64,000 nt of DNA from Eledone cirrhosa (Eukaryota), in assembly GCA_964016885.1 (NCBI GenBank), contig CAXHJY010000568.1, positions 1 through 64,000 of the forward strand, given 5' to 3'. The first letter of the stretch is position 1, and each line of letters starts with the position of its first letter. Shown piece by piece: positions 28,397 through 41,565 of this stretch. A model generated the notes under the pieces. That model saw nothing but the letters and a program-made list of their open reading frames with translations, did no database searches and was not told where the DNA came from. A program made the position numbers and the translations under genes.

Positions 28397-29292
28397 TACT
28401 TGCAAGGGTCATGGGGGCAGAATCCTCAAACACTCATTCCAGCAGGTCTTGTCAGAAGCAACAATCTCCAACAGATCCGATTAGATCCCCAAGCGTGACC
28501 AGCCAAGCTCATGCATGTTATTCTACCATCTTACTCGGGGTCTACCCCTGGGTCTCCTGCCAGTTGGTTTTGCCTGTAAAATCTGTTCAGCGATTCTTTC
28601 CTGAGACATTCTAACCACATGCCCATAGTATCAGTGCTGTGATCTCTCAATTCGGAGTAGTAGTGTCTCTACCTGGAGTGACTCTACCTGGAGTGTCTCT
28701 ACTTGGAGTGACTCTACTGGAGTGTCTCTACTTGGAGTGACTCTACTGGAGTGTCTCTACCTGGAGTGACTCTACCTGGAGTGACTCTACCTGGAGTGAC
28801 TCTACCTGGAGTGACTCTACCTGGAGTGTCTCTACTTGGAGTGACTCTACTGGAGTGTCTCTACCTGGAGTGTCTCTACCTGGAGTGGCTCTACCTGGAG
28901 TGACTCTACCTGGAGTGACTCTACTGGAGTGTCTCTACCTGGAGTGTCTCTACCTGGAGTGGCTCTACCTGGAGTGACTCTACCTGGAGTGACTCTACCT
29001 GGAGTGTCTCTACTTGGAGTGACTCTACTGGAGTGTCTCTACCTGGAGTGTCTCTACCTGGAGTGACTCTACCTGGAGTGGCTCTACCTGGAGTGGCTCT
29101 ACCTGGAGTGACTCTACCTGGAGTGACTCTATCTGGGAGTGTCTCTACCTGGAGTGTCTCTTTGATCTCCAAGCTACCCACTCTATCAAATAACATTACT
29201 CCAAAGACCCTTCAGAGGAACCCCATTTTGGCCACTTGCATTTGTGATCATTACCCAAGATTTATGACCATAGGTAAGGGTTGGCACAAATA
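28365..29292 (-). mobile_element. RTE-like LINE 3' fragment (third family) with an internal 15-bp minisatellite expansion
   Basis: (CTA)n tail; homologous to 58530-58865. Confidence 0.8.
28665..29160. repeat. 15-bp minisatellite CTCTACCTGGAGTG(A/T/G)
   Basis: About 33 units, some 14 bp. Confidence 0.96.
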
Positions 29293-29374
29293 ACTCCGAA
29301 GATTTTCAACCTGAATTAGAGTTAGAATTCTTTGCACCCATTTTTCCATGCTTGTAGAGGTTAGATGAAACCTG

Positions 29375-29625
29375 GAGCTTATTCCAGTGTCAAGGGTATC
29401 AAGTGAGTGAGAGTAGAGGACTCTCGCCACCCTGGATAGGAGACCGGTCCATCACACGACTAAACCCTAGATCTCACTGGTATTCATTTTCTGTTGAATG
29501 AATTGGAGTAATGTGAAATAAAGTACCTTGCTCAAGAACACAACTTTTGACCTGGTTTAGGAATTTAAGCGATGACCTTCTGATTGTGAGCTGAACACCC
29601 AAACCACAAGGCCATACACCTTCAT
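29375..29625 (-). mobile_element. tRNA-derived SINE (diverged; family of 59215-59462)
   Basis: gtgaaataaagtaccttgctcaagaacacaac...aaccacaaggcca aligns with the 59215-59462 copy. Confidence 0.7.
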
Positions 29626-30037
29626 AAAATTTAAACACAAGCACTTTACAATTAGAGGTTTTATATTATATAACCAAAGTCAGTGACAGGGGAGGGTAGT
29701 AGAAAAAGAGTCAACCTGTGGTGGACAGTTGCTGTTATCAAATTAGAGGAGATATTGATCTGAAGAACAACTTTACATCATAAAAAAAAATTTGATTCTA
29801 TTTCATGAAAGAGGAGGTTATCTCCCTTGCTCTTGCAACCCTATATAGTCTCACGTCTCGAATAATCGTCCCCAATCGCTTATTAATTTTTCAGATTCCT
29901 CCTCCCCACCCTAATTAAATTTTGCTCATCTATCTCTGGCGAAATTTTATTTTATGAGGTAACATTGCTGCAACAATTTTCTTTATACATTAAAAAACAT
30001 TATACATGACAAAAAAAGTACATTACTAGAAATCCCA

Positions 30038-30973
30038 TCTATATATATAAAACTGTGGTTGTCTGTCTGTCTATCGATTTTTGGCACACATCTCCTCTTA
30101 GAATCTCTCACGGAATTGCACCGAAATTGCTATACTTGTACATTGAGCCCTAGCGAAGACATCGGAAAAAAAAAAATTTCAAATTGACCCACCCTATGTG
30201 ACGAAATCGAATATAATGTATCGATTTTTGAGCGTAAGTTATCAGTTATTTCCCTTTGTTCTGTTTACATTGAGCGTCTTACGTAAAAAATTACGCTGGC
30301 TTTAACAGTTGTCGAGCCAGCAAAATATTGACCTGCAAAATTCATCAGTTCGAACACTAAGCTTCCGGTTTGCTTCATTTCCATTTAAAAGCATTTTAAA
30401 ACAATATTTTTACTTGAAAACAAGTCTATTTAAAGACTACGTAAAACAAGCAAATATTTCGTCGTTAGGCGTGCAGACAGACAGTCGCGCAGAGAGGTGA
30501 TATAGGCGTGCAGACAGACAGTCGTGCAGAGAGGTGATATAGGCGTGCAGACAGATAGTCGTGCAGAGAGGTGATATAGGCGTGCAGACAGATAGTCGTG
30601 CAGAGAGGTGATATAGGCGTGCAGACACATAGTCGTGCAGAGAGGTGATATAGGCGTGCAGACAGACATAACTGATAATTTGGTTACGCTAATGTTTTTA
30701 TCTGCGTTGCAGTGTTTACATTTTCGATCTTTGTTAATAAATAACCAGTGCAGTTTCTATCCCCAGCATCCTCTTTTGTTATAACATTCGGGTTATCGTT
30801 ATGTTTTCTTAACTTCATAAGGCATATTGTTGTTTGAGGGAATATTAATCAAAAACACCACATGCAAGTCTGCACAGTAGACACTACAGTTTTTAAGCCA
30901 AAAAAGAAACTTAACATTGTAACTTTAACACAGCTACTGAGCGACCCCGAGCAACGCCGGGCTTTACTGCTAG
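30038..30973 (+). mobile_element. Complete non-autonomous Helitron
   Basis: Host A | TCtatatatataaaactg... 5' end; 3' cccgagcaacgccggg hairpin then CTAG | T; no TSD; internal 37-bp tandem array. Confidence 0.85.
30467..30668. repeat. 37-bp tandem repeat x~5.5 (taggcgtgcagacagatagtcgtgcagagaggtgata) inside the Helitron
   Basis: Head-to-tail units with no spacers. Confidence 0.95.
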
Positions 30974-32469
30974 TATGTTATAAAATAAATAGGATGTGTT
31001 GGGGGTCTCAATATGTAAACTAAATGACAAATTCTGGTTTAAAAAAAAATCAACTGAGACAACCTAGAAAAGTTACAGGATTTTCCATCCCTTCCTGCTT
31101 ATTCCCACTTCTCTATTATTTGGGACTCGAGAGTAACTTATAATGTCCTGTACCCCCTGAAACCACACTAGCAAGACATTTTTGAAAAGTATAAAACAGA
31201 TCTATGACTGTCTCATATTAAAAATTAAAGTTTGTTTTTTTAGGTTACTGCAAAATATGACAACAATCGGTCCACTAGTAAAGATACAATAAGTATTTAG
31301 TACAAAAATGTACAGTTGACCACCACTTGTATAGTTCTAAATCTAATTCTGTGCAGTAAGATTACATTTTGTGTGAAATACTATGTGTTTACGTAGTAAA
31401 TGATAGTTAAAAGACTACCTATTACAAATGCTTCTCAAACTCAGAGAATATCGAACATAAGGTCATAGCACTTGTCTCAAAGATTTGGGTAATTCTAACA
31501 TTTTTTTTAAAATCTGAAATGCACACTTAAAATTTTCTACAGAAATAATATGCTGCTACAAAAGGAACTTCAAACATCACTGGTGACAACTTGCTATATT
31601 ATACTAAAAGAAGAGAAATAAATAAAGAAATATATAGAAATATATTTTGTAAATAAGACAATAGAACCGTGTGGAAATGGAAGCACCAATTGAAACATAA
31701 GTTTTAAATCTCCGAAGCCGTTTATGAAAGTATTGAAAAAGACAAGAAAACACACTTCGATCTTCCGACGTGGAAGAGGCTCCTATCAGAAGAAACCGTC
31801 ACCGAATCATCATTTTTCTTACCTGTTGTACAAACCTGGCTGGACACAGAACACTGCACAAACATTCTAAAAGTTCTATAGAGTTATGAAATAATACATA
31901 TGAATAAGCCATAGATGACGAACATGATTAAGTAATGTCAGTTTCATGAGGAGATAAAACGCCTCCATCCTTTTGAAGGAAAAAAAAAAAAAAAATGAGT
32001 ATAAATCCTGAAAACTGTAAGTCCGGTATTGAAAAAAAAAAAAAAAAAATCACAAGAGGTTGACACTCCAAATTCACTATTCTCCTTTTACTTTGCTCTA
32101 CTTTTCAAATTAAACGGTTCAGTTATATTCAAATATTGTAAGCGCGTCCATTGAGAATATCGTTATGTTATTTGCGAAAATGAAAAACAAATCTTTATAT
32201 CCCAGACAGAAATGTTGACTTTTATTTCTAGATACTTTTTTTTATATAATTGTCTGCTGGTGGATTTTGTATTTCGCTCTATATCTTCACTTGCACTATA
32301 ACTGTATCGCATTACAAATTAAAGTCTTTAGTTTACAGCAACATTTCACAACAATCGGTCCACTAGTAAAAATATTTTAAATATGTGAATTAACAAACCT
32401 GGTTCTAGATATTTTCTGCTAAAACATTACAGGATACTAAGATAAGCTTTAGTATTACTCCATCCCAAC

Positions 32470-33270
32470 CTTATAACTATAGGGGCTATACTTATTAGTT
32501 TATAACAATAGGGGTTATACCAGGGGTCCCCAACCTTTTGGGTCCACAGGGCAGATAGCCATGCAGCGGTGGCTACGCGGACCGGATGCACAATTAATAC
32601 TACTTATATACAAATAAGTAATCATTTATTTATCCCTTATGTTAGATTTGAAACAAAATTCAATATTGATACTTAGAGCTGTCCCAAGCAGAAAAATACA
32701 TTTAAACATTGTTTTATTCGGCAATATCGATAGATTGGGTGCAAATTTATTGCAAACTGTACCCTTTTTAGAACCCTCGCGAGCAGGATAAAGGCCTTCG
32801 CGGGCCAGATTGAAACCTTTCACGGGCCGGATTGAAACCCTTCGCGGGCCAGATTGAAACCCTTCACGGGCCAGATTGAAACCCTTCACGGGCCAGATTG
32901 AAACCCTTCACGGGCCAGATTGAAACCCTTCACGGGCCAGATATGGCCTGCGGGCCGGAGGTTGGGGACCCCTGGGTTATACTGATATCCTATTAGTTTA
33001 TAACTATAGGGGCTCTACTGTTACCGTATTAGTTTATAACTATAGGGGTTTTACTTATGCTTTATTATTTTATAACTATAGGGGCTCTAGGGATAACTTA
33101 TTAGTTTATAGCTATAGAGGCTCTACTGTTACCTTAGTTTATAACTATAGGGACTCTACTGATATCTTATTAGTTTATAACTATAGGGGCTCTATTGTTA
33201 CCTTATTAGTTTATAACTTTAGGGATTTTACTGATATCCTATTATTTTATAACTATAGGGGATCTACTGA
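32470..33270. repeat. ~36-39-bp degenerate minisatellite (ttattagtttataactataggggctctactg...) interrupted by a hAT MITE
   Basis: Units are present on both sides of 32521-32974. Confidence 0.85.
32521..32974. mobile_element. hAT (Charlie-like) MITE
   Basis: 15-bp TIRs caggggtccccaacc / ggttggggacccctg; 8-bp TSD ggttatac (32513-32520, 32975-32982); internal 22-bp tandem gggccagattgaaacccttcac at ~32800-32942. Confidence 0.95.
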
Positions 33271-33409
33271 CACTCAGGACAAGATTGGTTGTAAATATAT
33301 TAATGACATCTGTATTATGAAAGCATGTTTGGCACAACATAGAAAAGGAAGGGTCCCCCGCCCCCTCATTTACTTTGGGCATGACTGGACATGGGTTTTG
33401 CATCCATAA

Positions 33410-33603
33410 CTAACAACAGTAACAACAGCAACAACAACAACAGAAACAACAGCAACAACAGTAATAACAACAACAACAGCAGTAATAACAGCAGCAACAA
33501 TAACAACAACAACAACAACAGCAGCTGCAACAACAACAACAGCGGTAATTACAGCAGCAACAATGACAACAACAACAACAACAGCCCCAACAACAAAAAC
33601 AAT

Positions 33604-33637
<34 letters not shown>

Positions 33638-33803
33638 ACAACAACAGTAAGAAGAACAACAACAACAAAAAGAATAGCAACAGCAACAACAACAACAGCC
33701 ACAGCAGCAACAACAGCAACAAAAACAACAGCAACTACAACAGCAACAAAACTACCACTACAGCATCACCATCACCACCACCACCACCATCACCACCACC
33801 ATC
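33410..33803. repeat. (CAA/CAG)n then (CAC)n microsatellite
   Basis: Direct reading. Confidence 0.95.
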
Positions 33804-33820
33804 ATAAATATATATATATA

Positions 33821-35565
<1,745 letters not shown>

Positions 35566-36904
35566 CGAAACATAAGTCAATTGCATGAACTCATAATCCT
35601 TTATTTACTGCTTTATTTGTATGAAATTGTAAATAAGACAAAAGTATTAGAACAGAGGGAAATAACTCACCGAACGCGATAGTTTTGGAGCCCCAGGGAC
35701 CACATTTTTCAAGTTAGAGATTTGAAACCTCGTCTATTTACTTCCTTGGTACTTTTTACATAGGTGTGTAAATTTTCATGTCAGTCCGACGACGTCTACT
35801 ACCATTTAACTGTGCACATCTGAATTTCAACCACCACCCATTTCACAAATATATATTAGATATTTAGCCCATCATCAGATCAGACCCAAGAAACAATATT
35901 CCCTGTAGTTATTTCATTGCTGATGCTATCTGCTGTCACAACTCTTCAACTCTGGACAGGAATAATTGGGTTAAAGCCTGAAGACTAAAACTTTCTCTGA
36001 AAATATTTCAGCATCTGATCACTTATTGACTTTATTCAAGGTTCATATGTAACCCAGGTTGGAACTCTGCTTATATGTCTGGTACAGTGCTTATGACACC
36101 CACCAATACATCCTAGACTGCATTTTAAAAACTGAATACGAAACAAGCATTTTAAGGCCCCCCCCCCCCCACACACACACACAAAAGAGCAGTTTATATG
36201 AGTAGAAAAAAGTACCAGTCATGTACGGTGGCAGAGGAGGAGAACCTTCTCATGTTGACAGGCCACATTCAGTTACTTGTAATATAATTAAGAAACCATA
36301 ATTATATATTCTTAACATTGTGATAATCACTGTCGTACTAAAGATCTCACTAACCAGCCACAGACAGTAATGGTTCCAGTCAAGCAGGAATTTAATGTAC
36401 ATTCTAGAATCACAGAACTAAAACATGAGTATAGAAAGTGTTGAAATGGTCCTTATGTTCTACTAATTTTTTAATTCTGGCTGTCTGTCAGTGTGGATTA
36501 TTTCATTGAATTTTCTTTTACTCTTTGCTATTTAAAATATATTCATCTTATGGTTTAAATTAATATAATTAGACAGACAGAAACATATTAATAACATTTT
36601 TTAATTTTTTGGAAATTTTGATTCATTCAAAGGTCCACACAGAATGGCATAGAAAGCCACACATGGCCTTAAGGTTACCTATCTCTGTACTGTGGGTTAC
36701 CCATCTCTGTACTGTGGGTTAATTCATTATACTGTACGGTCAATTCATTATACTGTACGGTCCCTTATCCTTCTACACAAATATTGTCTGGTGCCAATAT
36801 CAGAAAATAATAATTATGTGAAGCCATGTTTTACATTGTGTGTGATCAATAAAAACTGCTTAATTCATTGTAAATAACTATTTAAAACATTCTTATAAGA
36901 AGGC

Positions 36905-39510
36905 ATTGTTATTATAGAGTACTTATCATAAAGTATTTATCATAACATACAGTTATAAAGTACTTATAATAAAGTACTTATCATAATATACAGTTATTAT
37001 AACGTACTTATCATAAAACATTTTTATCGTAAATTAACTGTTACAATTATTATCATGAAGTAACTGTTAAGATTATTATCACAAAACACTGTTATTATAA
37101 AGTATTTATCATAAAACACTGTTATTATAAAACACTGTTATTATAAAACACTGTTATTATAAAACACTGTTATTATAAAACACTTATTATAAAACAACTG
37201 TTATTATAAAACAACTGTTATTATAAAACAACTTATTATAAAACGCTGTTATTATAAAACAACTGTTATTATAAAACAACTGTTATTAGAAAACACTGTT
37301 ATTATAAAACAGCTGTTATTATAAAACACTTATTATAAAACAACTGTTATTAGAAAACACTGTTGTTATAAAACAACTGTTATTATAAAACACTGTTATT
37401 ATAAAACACTGTTATTATAAAACAACTGTTATTATAAAACACTGTTATTATAAAACAACTGTTATTATAAAACAACTGTTATTATAAAACACTGTTATTA
37501 TAAAACAACTGTTATTATAAAACAATTGTTATTATAAAACACTGTTATTATAAAATATTGTTATTATAAAACACTGTTATTATAAAACACTGTTATTACA
37601 AAACAACTGTTATTATAAAACACTGTTATTATAAAACACTGTTATTACAAAACAACTGTTATTATAAAACAACTGTTATTATAAAACAACTGTTATTATA
37701 AAACACTGTTATTATAAAACACTGTTATTATAAAACACTGTTATTATAAAACACTGTTATTATAAAACAATTGTTATTATAAAACACTGTTATTATAAAA
37801 CACTGTTATTATAAAACAACTGTTATTATAAAACACTGTTATTATAAAACACTGCTATTATAAAACACTGCTATTATAAAACACTGTTATAAAAAACCAC
37901 TGTTATCGCAAAACACTGCTATCATACAACGCCCTTATTACACAACACCTTTATAAACACTCTTATAAAACACAGTTATGATAAAGCACTCTTATCACAA
38001 AATACTGTTATCATTACACACTATTATCATAAACCCCTGCTATCACGAAAACTGTTATCAGAAAACACTGTTATCATAAAACATTGTTATCACAAAACAC
38101 TATTATCATACAGCACACTTATCATAAAACACGCTTACAAAACAGTTATGATAAAGCATTGTTATCTTAAAACTCTCTGTTATCATACTGTGCCTTTATC
38201 ATAACACACACTTATAAAAAAACCGTTATTATAACATTCTGATATCATATGACACACACAGTGATCATAAAATTCTGCCATAAAAAAGACTGATATTTTA
38301 AAATATTGTCATCATAAAACACTGTTATAAAATACAGTTACGATAAAGCAATGGCATCATAATACATTCTTATAAAATACTTATAAAACACTGTTATCAT
38401 AAAATATTGTTATCACAAACACTGTTCTCATAAAACGCTATTATCATGAAAAACTGTTATCATAAAACACTTCTCATAAACCACTGTTATCATGAAACAC
38501 TGTTATCATAAACACTGTAATCATAAACATTGTTATCACAAAACACTGTTATCATGAAACACTGTTATAATAAAACACTGTTATCATAAAACACTTATCA
38601 TAAACACTGTTATCATAAAACACTGTTATCATGAAACACTGTTATCATAAACCACTGTTATAAAACACTGTTATCATAAACACTTTTATCATAAAACACT
38701 GTTATCATGAAGCACTTTTATCATAAAACACTGTTATCATGATACACTGTATCATAAAACGCTGTTATCATAAAACACTTATCATAAAACAGTTATCATA
38801 AAACACTGTAGTCATAAAACACTTTTATCATAAAACACTGTTCTCATAAACCACTGTTATCATGAAACACTGTTATCATAAACACTGTAATCATAAACAC
38901 TGTTATCACAAAACACTGTTATCATGAAACACTGTTATAATAAAACACTGTTATCATAAAACACTTATCATAAACACTGTTATCATAAAACACTGTTATC
39001 ATGAAACACTGTTATCATAAACCACTGTTATAAAACACTGTTATCATAAACACTGTTATCATAAACACTTTTATCATAAAACACTGTTATCATGAAGCAC
39101 TTTTATCATAAAACACTGTTATCATGATACACTGTATCATAAAACGCTGTTATCATAAAACACTTATCATAAAACAGTTATCATAAAACACTGTAGTCAT
39201 AAAACACTTTTATCATAAAACACTGTTCTCATAAACCACTGTTATCATGAAACACTGTTATCATAAACACTGTAATCATAAACACTGTTATCACAAAACA
39301 CTGTTATCATGAAACACTGTTATCATAAAACACTGTTATCATAAAACACTTATCATAAACACTGTTATCATAAAACACTGTTATCATGAAACACTGTTAT
39401 CATAAACCACTGTTATAAAACACTGTTATCATAAACACTTTTATCATAAAACACTGTTATCATGAAACACTTTTATCATAAAACACTGTTATCATGAAAC
39501 ACTTATCATA
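36905..39510. repeat. 16-17 bp minisatellite ATAAAACACTGTTAT(T/C) with an ~385-bp higher-order repeat in the distal part
   Basis: The variant block gctgttatc...ctgtagtcat recurs at 38761 and 39146. Confidence 0.95.
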
Positions 39511-39981
39511 AAATGGCTGTCATTTTATCTGTTTAAACTGTAAACTTCCTCTAATTTCCTCGACACAACTCCACACTGTATTAGACTATGTATATGAACT
39601 ACACATAAATAATACTTTAAAAACGAAACAAAACAAACGAACATTGTATTTGATGGTTCTGTATTTAGTGATTTATTATTTAAAGGGTTTAGTTATCTGT
39701 TTTTGAAAAAATACCCCACAAAATTATCTATAAATATGATTAACAAAAGTAAGAAACTATATATAAAGAATTGTTTTAACGGCTTGTAACTTCTTCATTC
39801 ACTCATTCATTTGCTTATTCACACTCTGCTTAAACCATACGCTAAATATTAACTTCCTCTAATATTTAACCCTGCTAACCCAAGCATCGAGCGCACCACG
39901 CTTCGGTTTTTGGCATCTAGTGTTCTGTATCGCACCTCTTTGTACCTCTCTACTCCATCCTCTCTTACGATACCTTAACCC

Positions 39982-40027
<46 letters not shown>

Positions 40028-40077
40028 TATAAGAAAATGCAAAGTAGTTTCAGATGTTAAAGTCCTTTAATGATAAT

Positions 40078-40152
40078 GCTGTGATACATATTTCAATGTT
40101 GATAGTGGCCACACTATTCCGTGTACCCAGTGCCGTGACATCATCAGACAGC
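40078..40152 (-). ncRNA. Type I hammerhead ribozyme motif
   Basis: Minus strand: gctgt-CTGATGA-tgt...acatt-GAAA-tatgta-TC-acagc; perfect 5-bp stem I; island lies between (TA)n and (TC)n. Confidence 0.7.
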
Positions 40153-40241
40153 TTCTTACGTAATAAGGTTACGTCCCCGAAGCAATCCAAATTGAATCGA
40201 CAAGGGAACGGACAAAGTGGGTGTTCTTGAATCCTTCGCCC

Positions 40242-40349
<108 letters not shown>

Positions 40350-40511
40350 TGGTCCCAATAACTTTTTTTAGTTATTGATCGCACCAACTCTGAGGTATAT
40401 GATTTTTAATGCGATGATATACCAATGATGGTTGGAAAATCACGGACGAAGGACTATTTTTATCATATGTAACCCATGTGCAACCACGCAGTATTCTTCT
40501 TTCTTCTCATG

Positions 40512-40561
<50 letters not shown>

Positions 40562-41565
40562 GAGAGAGAGAGAGAAGGGAGACAACATACCTACTCAATT
40601 ACACACAATAGAGATTAGCTGAAAAGTTCATAGGCTGACCAAGATACTCTCATGGAATGACAAAATGAAGTTTATTTTTCAACATAGTCCCTGGAAAGAA
40701 ACAATGCAGTTATTAATAAGAAGAGTCGCCAAGAATTAGCTTATGACCCTCATACAATAGAGAGTGAATGAAGGAGTTTCTCTCAAAATATTTTGAAGCA
40801 ATCCTAGCCTCATGCATCATGATGGTGAAGCTAAGATGCTGGAATAGTCAAGTACCTTGACTTGGAGCATCACCTGATACTTAAATATGGCGACAACAGT
40901 GATTTATTGTTGGAATTGTTCTTCTCCCTATCTCTCTTCTCACTCTCTCCTCTCTTTCTCTGTACCTCATCTCTCTCTCTCACTTTTTCCCCCTCTCTCT
41001 CTCTTACTCTCTTTCTCTCTCACTCTCTCTGGGGTGGGGTGGAGATGGGGTGGGAGAATAAGAGCATGGGTGGGAGGAGGTGGCGTGGCATGGGTTGGGT
41101 GGGGTGGTAGAATAAGAGCATGGATGTGTGGGGGTGGAAAGATCAGAGAAAAATGAATAAGCGCGGAGGATAGGACGACAATGAAGACGATGACGACGAC
41201 GACGATGACCGCCATTAGAGACGAGAGACTACCCTAACCACAAGGCCACGTGACTTTATTTCTTCAGGTTTAATAAAAACAAAACAAAAGAAACTATGTC
41301 AGACAAGAATTGGTTTTGAAGGGTATCGATAGAAGGAAGTAACAATTATTAGATAATCGATATTATAGTATTGATTATCTAATAATATCATATTATATCT
41401 GTAGACAACGTAATACTACGGAGGATACATTACTGACGAATCTAGTGGAGGTGAAGGGTAGGTGTGGGGGACATGTGGGGAGTGCGGGGGTGGCTGGGGT
41501 AGGTGTGGGGTAGGTGTGGGGTTTGTAGAGAGGTGTGGGGGAGGTGTGGGGTAGGGTGCGGGAGG

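Noticed and set aside
30467-30668. 37-bp repeats resembling a CRISPR array (also the 30-bp and 61-bp arrays)
   Set aside because: Units are head-to-tail with no unique spacers, there are no cas genes, and the context is eukaryotic TEs
24060-33807. Poly-His/Pro/Thr/Asn ORFs
   Set aside because: They come from trinucleotide microsatellites
35850-36015. CTGATGA (minus, 35872-35878) and CTGAAGA...GAAA (plus, 35978-36010) as hammerheads
   Set aside because: Stem I and/or stem II cannot be paired
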